A stretch of DNA of 64,000 nt. Origin: Ophelia neglecta (Eukaryota). The stretch is taken from contig OZ260663.1 of NCBI GenBank assembly GCA_965285935.1, positions 70,122,001 through 70,186,000 on the forward strand, read 5' to 3'. Numbering within the stretch: position 1 is the first letter of the stretch; each line of letters opens with the position of its first letter. Positions 39,069-51,362 of this stretch are shown here, one piece after another. The notes below the pieces were generated by a model. That model searched no databases and was not told the DNA's origin. It saw nothing but the letters and a program-made list of their open reading frames with translations. The position numbers were made by a program, and so were the translations under genes.

Positions 39069-40566
39069 GGTTATAGTCAATAAATTTTATTCTCGGGTCA
39101 GGTACATAAACATTGTCCCAGACTCTGGTGTGGTTGTCTTGGTATTTGTGTTCTTCGACCATATTCTCCTCGTTGTGTCTTCGCCCGTCTCCCCTGGGTC
39201 CCTCTCCCCAGGGTCTACGGTCCGGTGGGCGGAATTGATCGCGTGATTTCCCCTGGGGCGGGGTTTGTTCCCATTTCCTGCATGTAATGCCTTTAGGCCA
39301 GAATGCAGCATGTAGTACTTTCTGGGAAGTCGATTCAGGTATAAAGATTTTGCAACCAACTACAAAATCGTTTCGTTTGTTCCTCACCACTCTGGCCGAC
39401 ATAACTTGAACTCCCTTATCCTTTGCAAAGTCACGGATGTCACGAATAATTTGAGTGTCGGTGTCTTCAATTTCGACTTGAATTTGTTGCACGTATAACA
39501 TTATACCGCTTTCATACTGTTTTCCCATCAGGGGTCTTCCTCTCTTATTTGTGTTCAACTGGCGTAGTTGAACATCATTATTATCATAATTCTTGGTCAA
39601 GCTGTCGCGCATTCCTGTTCGATTTTGCTTTGATCTCTTGGCCATCTTTGTCTCCCATCTCTCGTCTTCCCTTTCGCTTGGTGGTAGGGATAGGTCTTGT
39701 GAACGTTGTCTGTTCGGCTGTATGCCAGGCCATTCTTCTGAAATCTCTCGCGGGCCGTCGGTATATCCTGCCATTATTGTCGTCGGTCTAATAGCCTCAG
39801 TTTTCTCTTTATCTACATCGTTATGTGTGAGGTGAAGAGCAATATTACTTTCTAGGTTGGCCTTTGACTGTGATGGTGTGGTTGTGTTCACGATTGAACA
39901 GCTGTCGTCTGGTGTTGCTGAAAAGTCCGGGGACATCTCTTTTGGTGCTATTTGGCCGATCAGCTTGTGCAGCGTTTGGTTTTCGTTTTCAAGTTTTATG
40001 ATTTTATCTTGAAGGCTCCTTATTGTATTGTCGTAATTTATCCTCAGAGCTTCTACCCTGTCATTTGTCTCCCTCTGGGCTTCTTGCGTGCTTGCTATGA
40101 ACTCATTTAGTCTCACGGAAAGGTCTAAGGGCGTCTTGCCTGTGGTGTCCTTGGATTCTTTGCCTTGTTTCGAGGTGAAAAATTTTTTCGTGTCTTTGAA
40201 AACAGTCTTTGGGAAGTCTTCCTTGAGTTCAGTTACGTACAAAAACATTTCTATAATGTCTTCAGATAGTCCTGTGATATTTCTTCGCCTATCTTTTAGC
40301 ACAAGTTTATTGGCATTGAAGTTGTGGTTAGGACCGCTTAGAGCGTTACTGACACGTTGAAAGTAGCTGAGTGTTTCTTTAGCCAATATATCTCTACTTT
40401 CTTTGATAACATCCTCGTCGTAATCCCTCTTTATTTCGTCTAGAACATTTTGCCGGGCATTGTTTTCTAGAGAGCACAATGTTCTTTTCATTCGTCGATC
40501 CAGGGCTGGTATGTCAATCGAGAAGGGGTCCATATCATTTTCGTATGTCTCTTCTGTTTCTGCCAT
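39049..40566 (-). CDS. LINE ORF1 (505 aa): helical N-terminus, coiled coil, C-terminal RRM-like domain
   Basis: Directly upstream of and overlapping ORF2; heptads (LQDKIIKLENENQTLHKLI); LYVQQI..VVGCKIFIP..FWPKGITCRKW typical of LINE ORF1 C-termini. Confidence 0.85.
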   Translation of the reverse strand: MAETEETYENDMDPFSIDIPALDRRMKRTLCSLENNARQNVLDEIKRDYDEDVIKESRDILAKETLSYFQRVSNALSGPNHNFNANKLVLKDRRRNITGLSEDIIEMFLYVTELKEDFPKTVFKDTKKFFTSKQGKESKDTTGKTPLDLSVRLNEFIASTQEAQRETNDRVEALRINYDNTIRSLQDKIIKLENENQTLHKLIGQIAPKEMSPDFSATPDDSCSIVNTTTPSQSKANLESNIALHLTHNDVDKEKTEAIRPTTIMAGYTDGPREISEEWPGIQPNRQRSQDLSLPPSEREDERWETKMAKRSKQNRTGMRDSLTKNYDNNDVQLRQLNTNKRGRPLMGKQYESGIMLYVQQIQVEIEDTDTQIIRDIRDFAKDKGVQVMSARVVRNKRNDFVVGCKIFIPESTSQKVLHAAFWPKGITCRKWEQTPPQGKSRDQFRPPDRRPWGEGPRGDGRRHNEENMVEEHKYQDNHTRVWDNVYVPDPRIKFIDYNHGPYRY

Positions 40567-43460
40567 AATGTTTCTGCAGTTGGCGCTAGTTTTCAGAGAG
40601 TAGTATGGTTTTTCGCCGGATGTCTGGTCAGAACCACCGGCATAATACTACTAACATGTCCTGGAGGTCAGGACGTAGCCGCTTTCACACCTTTGAGGTA
40701 GGCGTGCTAAACCTTTCATAGGCAATCTTTAAGGATGGTTTTTACAACACTGCTTTGGGCGATATTATAGTTCCTTGACTAGGCCACATAGGAAATCTTC
40801 AAAAAAGTGTATCTCTCAAACCTTTTTGTGCCCGGAAAATATTGTCACATAGATCGCGGGACTAGTATCTCCTTCGTATCGCAAGTAGTGGTTTTCCTAA
40901 AGGGAATCCGTCTGTGAAATTAGCATCTTTTGGAGCCGCTATGGAACAGGTCCAGTCAATGCGTAACTCCGTTATTACTTACCAATGCACATTCGAATTT
41001 ATATGCTGATCGGAAGAGTAGAAAACTATGACACAAGAAACAAAATGGCCGCCGATGCTAGGATGATTATAATCCTTTGTCTCGTGTTAACTCTGAACGG
41101 ATTTAATTATGGCTTACCCAATAAATTTGTTTATTTTCTTTATTTAATGCAGTTTCCAATGTATTCGGATAAGTAAAACCTCACTAAATTCAGATGAGAG
41201 CTCGAATTGTAATCATATCTCATTTTGTGAAAAAAATACTATTAAAAGTACTCTTTAAAAAACAAGGTTTTAAGCTTGCTTTAAAAGTAAAAACTGTGGA
41301 CTAAACATACTTAGGAGCAACAGCCCTGAAACATCTCTCTGAAACACGCCATAATCATTGTTTTCGTCTTCGGCCCTACCAGAACACCATTGTTTTTTTG
41401 TCGTAATGATCTGCGATCTAGCGATATAATGAGGCAGTAAGTCACCCATACAGGAAGATACCTAGCCGGGTTAATAACACGGTTCAACACAATAAATGGA
41501 GTATCTTGACACGTTGAGGTCGTAAACATTCGGAAAGTCAACGCGTTATCCTAACGCATTAACTCGGTGAATTTAAGAGCAGAACAATGTATAATTTTGG
41601 AGTGGCAATAGGAAAATTTATAACAAAACGCATCTAATAATTACGCGTACACGTATATAACGTGCATTGTCGCTATCTGAACGCGGTTAAAGAATTTATC
41701 GCCGCACGTAACGCGTTAGGATGGCGTAAGGCTGACGCTATTTCGACGAATTTTTTGAGCGTTAGTTGTGAAGTTATTTATGGTACTAGTAATCAATGTA
41801 ACGTTACTTGCCCCTGGATGCATAGAATACACAAATATCTGTGTATAGTGTTGTAAACGACTAAAGGTACAAGAAATGTATATAAACGGCCTCCCTTCCT
41901 TCTTTCCTTTCTCCCTTCATCCATTATTTCTTTCATTTAAGCTTATATTATACAGAAATCTTTTGTTCCTATGTTGGCATTATAAAGAGGAAGGATAGAG
42001 TTTTTTAGGGGAGTTTTCAGACTTAAGATTTGGCCACCACTGTGACAAGATGGCTAAACCATAGGTCACATAACCAAATGAATTAACCATTTAAACTTAA
42101 ATATGTGAAAACCTGCAGCCGGGGTCATTTTATGTATGGCTGTATTAAATTAATAAAAACCACAAGTATAACTTTGGAAACCGATTGGCCTATATAAGTC
42201 AACTGTCAAGTAAGGGGCCAGGTAGTTATGCATGTTTAGAGGCCCTGCTGCAGCGGCCGTTTACACGAGTGGTTGTGAGATTGTGTACATGTAAACATCA
42301 TACAAGCCGTAGATATTGATTGTCAAGATGTCACAAAAAGTATAATATTGCTTTATTAAGAGTGGCAAAGGCCTACAGGGTACCCGAGTTGACTAGTCTA
42401 ACGGACTTTGCCTTTCGTTCGGCTACATAGCTTGAGTATCCCCTAAGCCTTTTCTATACACAGGGGAGCAGGCTTTCGGGGGTTGTGGGGGGATCGTTTG
42501 GAGGGCTGCCGGGGCGAGACGGGGAAGCGGACTCCTGAGGGCAAGGAGGGGGAACATACCAAAGGGGAGACAGGGGGCTGCCCGCGGGAGGGGGGTCAGA
42601 CTGTTTTGGCGGGGACTGGGCAGCCGGCTGGAGGAGGTAGTAGTTGGAAATCATAGATGGTATGATAAAATTTAACCCAAATTGTTCAACATTATAATAG
42701 TAACCTGCTTAAGAAGCAACTTGCAATTATATTAGCCAAATAAAAATCATATTACCTTAACTGGTAGCCGGAGAGAATTATATGTCGAAAAAAAAACATA
42801 TAAAAAATTTAACAAACATTTATGGACCGATCTCATCGGCATTGGGTGGCCGTTTTTCTTTGTTCGACTATTAGTTGACTGTTTTTCACATCCAGGATAT
42901 GATGCCGCCTTGGAAAGTTGAATTATCGATTTCTCAACAATAATGAGCCGATTTCGACTCATTTCTATGATCTTTTTATGCTTTTTTGCATGGTTAAACA
43001 CATTTTTAGCTCGCGGTAACTTGTTGGGAATCGGAATGCTAGGACTTAATGGCTTTTATAAAACTTGAAGCTAGATAAAAACAGTAGTAAGCCAAAGTTA
43101 ACCCATACACTCTGTAGTTGGTAAATGTGCTAGTTGTGTCACAGCTTTAAATGGGACTGGGTACCTGACAGAAATTGCAAAGTCATCAATAAGAAATTGT
43201 CCATTTTATCTGTAGAATCTGGTAGAAACCTTTAGCAGCATACCCTATACACTGCTACTGAGTTCTCTAACTGGGAATTAGTTTGCAACAAAATGAACAT
43301 TCTTTTGTTTATTTTGATACCAAATGTAATAAGAAGTAGTCAACTATATTAATGTTGCGAGCCAGAGCACCAAACTAAAGAGCCATTGAACCGGCGATCA
43401 ATGTAGGAAAAAAATGAAATATAACCTAGGAAAATTAGGAGAGTCTACAAAGAACTAAAC

Positions 43461-43545
43461 TCTGTCTGTCTGTCTGTCTGTCTTTTTGTCTGCCTGCCTG
43501 TCTCTCTGTCTCTGTCTCTCCCTCTCTCTCTCTCCCTGTCTCTCT
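43461..43545. repeat. (TCTG)n/(TC)n microsatellite
   Basis: direct reading. Confidence 0.9.
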
Positions 43546-44949
43546 GGCAATAAATATTTTTGGAATGACTATCTATGCAAATGAAGCTGTACGCTATGAA
43601 GCTGTACGCTAATATGGTAAGTATTGATAAGTGAATGTGTTATCGGTATTCAAATATCGCCTATATATTCATATACTGTCCATGTATAGAGAAATGACAA
43701 CAGCAATAAGTATCATTATCTAAAATGATTAGGTTATCAATAATTAGCAAGTGAATTGCTGTGCCTGCAAGCGTTTCTTACGAATCTGCATTGAATAAAC
43801 ACTCCAAAATCAATGTCCAAACAAAATATATTGCACCAGACTTGTTTTTTATGTAAATTGCTTGAAATCTCCAAAATTATCATATTTCATTCACACTTCT
43901 TTTACGTAAATTGGTTCCAATTGATTAACCTATTGAAGAGGCTTTCTGAACCAAGGACAGAACGCAATTTCCGTACACATTAATGCATGGGAGTAGTTTC
44001 TTTTAAACGAAATTAGTGATAGGCGGCTAAGATAGCTGCGCCCAACTCGTTATATACTGGCCACGCTTCTGGATGAAAATAGGGCACATGCATAATCTTT
44101 CTAGCTCAAGATGATGCAATCTTTTTCTTCATTAATTGAGGTTTTGTTAAAAATCGTTCAGTCGCGTGTCTTCTTGGACCTGTGATTCTGTTGCGTCTTG
44201 CAGCCTAGTCTCACGCATGTGTGCACATTTTGCACTAGAAACCTTCTCCCAAGGCCTTCTCCAAAATTGAGCAAGATAACTTCATTGATGAGTCGTGTCA
44301 CAATAATCTAGTAATCAAGTCAATCGTTACTGCTTGTGATTGTTGAACCATACGTAATGCAATGTGTGAGAAAGAATCGGCTTTCAACATCTACAGAAAC
44401 CCTGCTCTGTCCCCAATTGTTTATCAAACATGAATATCTAATAAGCCTAACCTTTTACAGCGAGAGTGTGCTTTTGTATAAGAAGAGCATACTTTTCAAG
44501 TTATGCTTTCTTATTTTAATTGCCTAATTAGCTGGAGTATCAATTGTACCAAATCCAATTCTGAACTGGATATATTTCATCGTTGTTAGAGAATGGATTG
44601 TAGATAAATAAGATACAGTCAGCTGCAGTTCATTTCTTGCTGACTTCCTGTCGCCTAGTGGTTCATTTGTCTTCTGGTATCCATGGTATCTGTCCATCAT
44701 GACTGCTGAATAAGGAAGCTGTGCACACTAGGAGAAGGAATACTTCTAATGGAATAGGCCTATATCAAGAGCAGAGTTTACCAGGCATACGGTTATTTCG
44801 ACTTTAATGCAAAGCAGGTGAAATGCTTCTTGATGACCAAACGCATGGTCATGTTAATTCATGAAGTCTTCACTGGTACCAGTTCCAGACCCCTTCTTGG
44901 TTGATATTGAAGAGGGGCGTTTAACTGCTGTCTCCCTTGTCAGTAATGA

Positions 44950-45110
44950 CCGGACGCTTCTAGGAAAGAAGGTCCTGGTCAATGCTCATCCATCAGCATA
45001 TGTCAATACCCAAAAGTGCATGTGACTGGCGTACGTCTCTTGTTGGTATACTAAGCAACTTTCTATTCCGTTTGTCAATCCCAACATTATTATATGTTAT
45101 GGCGAAGTAA
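44950..45110 (-). mobile_element. Possible highly degraded CR1-type LINE ORF2 C-terminal fragment
   Basis: minus-strand TRDVRQSH ... TFFPRSVR recalls CR1 TR..H ... SFFPRT. Confidence 0.3.
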
Positions 45111-47502
45111 TTTTATGCCCTTCTTCAGACAATTTGCAATATCCTCTTGTAAAGTGTTTAACCAAAAATAATGAAACAATTAATTCAGACACTTATTGTT
45201 GAAACATTTATAATATTGTAGTAAAATAAATGCACCACTTAGCATGTGTAAAGGCATGAGGAAAGTGATCAGAAATTAATGCTAACTAAAAAACAGAATG
45301 TCGACTAATGTTGGGTAATAACATTTCATTTTCTTCAGGTACACTGGAAACTGGCTAAGTGCAGAAACCCTTCCGTTTTGGGCGTACACTACCACTGTAC
45401 GTTTGATATTCTAGCCTGTCCATTTTCTCCATAATAGGCTGTAATAAGCCATTGAAAGGACGGAAAACGTTCTTAAAGGCCTATATTCAGCATATTAGTA
45501 ACGCTGCTTTTAGGGACAAAGATATGTTTAACTGGCTAACTGCCAGTAACAAATAAGTTTCAGTAAGCCAGTATAATATTGCGACTTCTTTCCGGAATAT
45601 ATTCTCTCATTGTATGAGGAAGACGGTGACGCAGGTACGGACAATGAAAGTGCAAGTGCCAAGGGATTTTTCGCATCTGTCATGTGGTAAATTGAACATG
45701 TGGCCGGGAGCAAAAGATACGTCATACTTCAGCTAGTAAAGCAGAGGGGTCAAACCAACCCGATATGTAATTTGGATTAGATGCTCTTGAAACCGTTAGT
45801 AAATTTTTAAATGTCTAGTATGTCGTCTGCCTCTCAGGTATACGATTAACTGAGTACAAACACTTCAATTAGCTCGCAGTACGAACAGGTAAACAAGTTG
45901 GGAGAAAATTCAGTTTTATTTATAGTAAGTAGATTTGCTTGCCTAGATCAAACAATTTATATTAGGTCTACGTGAGTGGCTTTAAGCCAATGATCTGGCT
46001 TTCATCTGCATTGGTTTTTGCTCCAAATAAGGTTCCTTTCTTTATCAATGTCATTCACTTTTTCAGGAATCAGATAAATTCGCCGCCTGGGACAGTACAA
46101 GGAAGCTTAATTGTCTTCTATAGGAAGGCCTATTTGTAGGAAGCATATCAACTAAAGACAAATGGATATACTAATTATGACAAGGCTGCCAATTTCACAG
46201 ACAGACCTTCCGTGCAGCCTCAAATACAATACATTGTTTCCAGATTGTTCGGTAATACTTCTCGAAAAGGTTTTTTGTTCTGGAGTCTAATAAGGCAAGA
46301 CAGCGACATGACGCCATTTGAACGAAGGCCTTTTTCGTTTTTCAATGTTTATACATATATTGTCATCGCCCATATTAGGGCCCTGCTGCAAAATTATATG
46401 GAATCTTAGTGTGGGCTTTCTAATGATTTTTTTTCACACAATTGATGAGACAAATTATAACCCAAAATTGATACAGTCGTATATTTTTGTCTCCACACTT
46501 TATATTTCTGTCATTTTGATACAAAAATATCGCCTTACTCGCTGCATTTACTTCTCCCGAGTAGTCATGAAGATACTGATTTCGGTCTAACGTGCGAAGT
46601 AATTTAGTAAGCCCCATTTCATCGAAGGCTAATTCTTATATAGTATTATATACTACATGTAAGTATAATAATATAAGTTTGTATTTTTATACGATGATGA
46701 GCGACAGTGGTTTATGTCCCCAAGGGCATTCCGTTTTGATCTGTGTTGTTATTTATAACGTAAATGTTTTGCAGGTAATATCTTACCTTTTTATACCTAC
46801 TCAAGGTTCGTAAATAAACATACGCAGTAAAGAGCTAATCGAGACTTTGGATTAGTTGTATGAGCCTACAATGACTTTTCAACACTATAAATAGCTGAAA
46901 TAGCTGCCATAAGACGTCACTGGATGGGTTTGCCACCAGGTTCACAAACACTCAAGACTAGTCAACACCAGATGTCACATAGAGGAGCTTCAGGACGGAA
47001 GCGGACGTATTTTTTTCTGTTAATCCAAAGTTATTCCTTGAAAGGAATAATTAGTAATGCGTTGGGAGAGTTGTTTATCTAACTAGAAAAAGGGGCAGTG
47101 ACGTTCTTCTTCTGCTAAGCTTATATATTCGTGAGTAAAAACTTTGTATTTGTGGCTTTAGCTCAGAAATATATTAAAATAATATCCAATATTTCAAAGC
47201 TAAGACGCTTATAACTATTCAACCGATAGTTTTCGAATGAATAACACCAATCGACCATGTTGCCAATGTTGCTCCTTTATGGTAGTATAATTCTACGTGT
47301 AATTGCTCCCTTGAGATACTTTGCAATATTAGGTCAAATATGAGTGGATAAAAAATCGACTAGTACTTAACCTTGTGAAAATACTCTGTTTGGTTTCTGG
47401 GTCGAGATAGTGTGACTATGACTTAAATGAGTTTAAGTAACGGTAGTGGATACCCGACCGACAGGCCAAAATAAAATCCATGTATATATTTTTATGTATA
47501 TA

Positions 47503-48241
47503 CAGTGAAACTTGTGTAATCAGACCACTCAAGGGACTGACCAAAAGTGGTCTACATAGACAAGTGGTCTGTTTAGACAATATAGACATGTGACGAACCA
47601 TTTTTAAGTAAGAAATACTTCCAATACTTCAAATTACATGCTTTCAGTGAATGTTAATTCAATAACATACCGCAATAAAGGTACTTATTTCATAATTGTG
47701 AAGCCTCATATTTTCAATTACATGTGCCTTTAATAAGTTAATGCATTACTATACCTCAATAAAGTTATTTATTTTATGAATGTGGGGCCTCACATTTTCA
47801 ATTACATGTACATGAACTAAGTTGACTCGAGCTTTTAAACACATGTTGATTACCAGGGGCATGGTTGAAATTCGGATAAATATACAAGAAGTGGTGTGAA
47901 AACAACAACACCAATCACATCTCTACACACCTTCAGAGTGGAATTAACTAATAAATTGGATTTTAAATCTCTTTGAAGTTAGGATGGCCAAGTATCGAAT
48001 GATGTCGCCAACAATTAAACTGGGCATAAGGTTGAATATGTTAGGCTTGGTCTGATTAGACAAGTTCTAGGTGGTCTTTGGGACCAAATTTAGTGGTCTT
48101 AATACACATTAGACAAGTGGTCTGAATACACAACATATTGCCCCATGCACTTCAGTGTTAATTTTGAAGGGACCGAAATTTGGTGGTCTACATAGGCAAG
48201 TGGTCTGCTTAGACAAGTGGTCTGATGGGCAAGTTTCACTG
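47503..48241. mobile_element. Tc1/mariner-pogo-type non-autonomous element (~740 bp)
   Basis: TA|CAGTGAAACTTG ... CAAGTTTCACTG|TA; subterminal agacaagtggtct repeats. Confidence 0.8.
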
Positions 48242-48367
48242 TATGTGTTATTTGTAGAAGTGTTTGTACTCCATGTCTCATATGAGGCCGCGAGTTAATA
48301 AAACCTAACCTAACCAGCAGCCACAGCCCCACATATACCAGTAAATCAATTTCCATCTCCCATCTCC

Positions 48368-48514
48368 NNNNNNNNNNNNNNNNNNNNNNNNNNNNNNNNN
48401 NNNNNNNNNNNNNNNNNNNNNNNNNNNNNNNNNNNNNNNNNNNNNNNNNNNNNNNNNNNNNNNNNNNNNNNNNNNNNNNNNNNNNNNNNNNNNNNNNNNN
48501 NNNNNNNNNNNNNN
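48368..48514. other. Assembly gap (147 N) next to a (TCTG/TC)n microsatellite
   Basis: run of n. Confidence 1.
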
Positions 48515-49440
48515 TCTGTCTTGTCTGTCTTGTCTCTGTCTCTGTCTCTCTCTTTCTCACTCGCAGTTTGAACATCCTATAATACATATCTGACACAAAA
48601 AGAAAATTACACATATCAGTAGGACGATCAGCCAAGGGTTAAGGCTGAGTGTGATATACCGCACTTAGCCCTATTGAGGGCAAATTGCGGGTCTGGCAAC
48701 AAGCCAAATTTATACGTTTACAGCGAGTGTTTTGCGCTCAGAATGTTTGGCTTACCTTTTCTTAGGTGACAGATGTCTACATGGCACTAGCCGATTAAAT
48801 AGAAGACGCTTGTAACAAAGAATCGTCACCGAAGTGTCAACCAGAACCCTATATATACCCTCCTGTATAGGAGCCTTTCAAAACAGAGGCGTTTTATATG
48901 ACCTGCATCTGTGGGCCCTTTTGCCTTTGGCTTTAGCTGGATAACTCCCAACATGGTGGCAAAAAAACTCATGATGACCGCTGCAATAGAGAACCTTTCT
49001 AAACTCGTCCATTTGATTTTTGAAATTCTTCTTATTCTGCGAGGGTTAACCAATTGACGTCATTTCTCATCTGAGTATATATATGGTTTAATCTTTTATT
49101 TTTATCTTTGTCAATGCCATCCGTCATATATTTACAGGTGTCGAACACATCTCCCATAATTCCACCTAGCTGTCATTGAAGACGTAAAAACGAAGCTTTT
49201 TTTTTTTATAACCAACTAACAATGCCGGTAATAAAATATAATGTACAGCCTCTTATACTTATAGAAAGACGACAAAATTAAAAAGAACAAGGTACCTGGC
49301 GACATTGAACCAGGTCACAGGTACATTGTAGGCCTAGAACCCTGGACGAGCGTATTGCATTCTGTAAGTTTCAAAAAATTTAATAATTACAGAAATTGTT
49401 TGAATTTCAGATGGCATTTTTAGAAGGATAAGTGACCATA

Positions 49441-50520
49441 ATGGCATCAGAACCGAGACCCATTCCCATGAAACTACGGGCAAAGTCATTGCCGGGATGC
49501 TATAGTCCGACTGGCAGCCCGCAATCGTGGAGACATAGCTTGAATGAGCTATCTCTGGGTCTGCAGAAGATATGTGGCTCTCCGTCAGAAGCTTGCCCCA
49601 CAGAGAGGCCAGATTCACCTAGCATCCATGGTATAAGTCCCATTCTAATGGTTACCCCAGAAACCAAGGGCCCTTGTCCAATGCCTTTAGCAGATTCCTG
49701 CTCTGGGAAGTTTGGACCTCTCCAGAGATCAATAAGCTTTAGTCCGAGCCGCCATCAGCTAATCTCCAACCACCGACCTATCGTGGTCAGGCACGAAGAA
49801 ACAGGGTCCAGACTGGGGGAAAGGCTTACATTGATATGTGCAAGCCCTAGGAAAAACGTGTTTACCAGACATAGCCCAACCGAGATGGAGTCATTGCGGA
49901 TAGGCCTACTGAGTAGAGTAAACCTCAAAGATGGAATCAACCTTAAGTTGCCGTTGGAGGAACCTGTGCATACAGATGATCTAATTTTGTCTATAGAAGA
50001 AAACAATGAGCTCAGGGTCAGTTTACAGGTTAAAACGCGGACAACGATTCAATTGAGAGTTCTGCACACTAGCAAAATACCTCAGACATCGGTATTAGAA
50101 AATATCATCTGCAACAAAATTAACAGTACCTTGTACATCAGGGAATGTTCTACCCAGCACCTATCGCTGTATTTTGGAGAACTGAAAACCAAATATGTAC
50201 CTGTTTTTCATGAAGATGAAGATACTTTACGTTTAAAGATTGTGTTTCACATTCCCTTCTGCTTCAACTTTGACAATATTGACGTGAAAACGGTGGACGA
50301 CAATGTAGTTATTATGGCTCAGCATTGCACTTCAACAGCACAGGCCAAGGGCGGGCAATCCACCACAAGGCCACAGGAACTATCCAAGCACTGCTTCAGG
50401 GTATGCATTGGGCTCCCCGACGGAACAGACTCCCGGAGTATTACTGCTGCCCTCTCCAGAGGAAACCAACTGATTATGTGTGGATCCATGGACAAATTGT
50501 CTAGGCCGTGCACGCGTTAA
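49441..50520 (+). CDS. Small heat-shock-like protein with two tandem alpha-crystallin/HSP20-like domains (paralogue 2, 359 aa from ATG)
   Basis: Collinear with 30774-31862 (identical blocks TSVLENIIC, STLYIRECSTQHLSLYFG, VKTVDDNVVI, RSITAALSRGNQLI); acceptor tttcAG 49409-49410; ATG 49441 (track uses GTG 49432); AATAAA overlaps the stop and recurs at 50529. Confidence 0.75.
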   Translation: MASEPRPIPMKLRAKSLPGCYSPTGSPQSWRHSLNELSLGLQKICGSPSEACPTERPDSPSIHGISPILMVTPETKGPCPMPLADSCSGKFGPLQRSISFSPSRHQLISNHRPIVVRHEETGSRLGERLTLICASPRKNVFTRHSPTEMESLRIGLLSRVNLKDGINLKLPLEEPVHTDDLILSIEENNELRVSLQVKTRTTIQLRVLHTSKIPQTSVLENIICNKINSTLYIRECSTQHLSLYFGELKTKYVPVFHEDEDTLRLKIVFHIPFCFNFDNIDVKTVDDNVVIMAQHCTSTAQAKGGQSTTRPQELSKHCFRVCIGLPDGTDSRSITAALSRGNQLIMCGSMDKLSRPCTR

Positions 50521-51104
50521 TAAAACGCAATAAATTCAATATGTAGGGTTAATTTCTATTATAATTAGCGCACGTGCAATGCCACAGGAGTTTACATACG
50601 AGAATTTATGGGGCTCTGATCCTTGACAGGCAATACCTGACCGTAATGATAGACCTTAAAATATTTCAAAGCTTGGATAGGCCTATATATACCAAAGAAT
50701 TAAGAAAATAATCTGATTTTTCCTTTTTGACGCTTACGGCACCCGTATAAGAAACAATGAAGTTTGTCTTGAATATCAACCTTACAAGTAACCTAGAAAC
50801 TACTAGCAAATATATTTGCAAATTGTGAATAAATCTAAGAAACGGTCAAGGAACTAGGAATGTTAACAGATAATTAGTTAGTCTTGAAAGTCAATTGAAC
50901 AGGAAACTGGGAGCTAACAAGGCGTTACTTAAGAAAACCAAGCACATCACTTATTAGTAGGGACGGTTCATATGTCCGTCATATTCGTGGTCAAGGGTCC
51001 ATTTCTCTCCTCATTCGACAGTCCCACGACATTTTTTTTTTCAAAACATTCTTCGACCGGGCTACCCTGGAACCGTCAATATCTGTGAACTAACGAGTTG
51101 CGCT

Positions 51105-51362
51105 CGGGAGGGGGGGGGGGGGGGTTCTCCCTATATATTGCCATATAGGAATGCCCCGCCCTTAAGACCCCCGTTTTGAAGGTAGGTCCAATGTTTTAGG
51201 ACCCGGGTATCTTTAACCCTTATTTTGAGCAAACAGCTATTTTAGGCACTCGTTCACAAGACTGGTTCAGCTCCTTTTGGGTCCAATTTCTGGCTCTTCC
51301 GTGGAGTATAGCCACCAATGCACAGAGCCGGGTAGTCCTCCCCCCTCCCTCCCCCCCCCCCC
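51105..51362. mobile_element. MITE-like element bounded by poly-G / poly-C ends
   Basis: cgggag(G)n-ttctccctatatattgccatatagg ... gggtagtcctc(C)n; degenerate inverted termini. Confidence 0.4.

Larger units (their letters stand above)
35370..40977 (-). mobile_element. Full-length non-LTR retrotransposon, RTEX-like (ORF1 plus APE-RT-CCHC ORF2)
   Basis: TSD CTTACCAAT at 35361-35369 and 40978-40986; 3' end on minus ...gcggaggccAAATAAAc(AT)n; ~410-nt 5' UTR; both ORFs open. Clade assignment by architecture only. Confidence 0.9.

Noticed and set aside
35651-40360. Plus-strand ORFs antisense to the LINE (and antisense ORFs over the sHSP-like and RP9 exons)
   Set aside because: Shadow ORFs of real coding strands with no independent signal
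48099-48635. 178-aa ORF
   Set aside because: Artefact spanning the N gap, a microsatellite and a MITE
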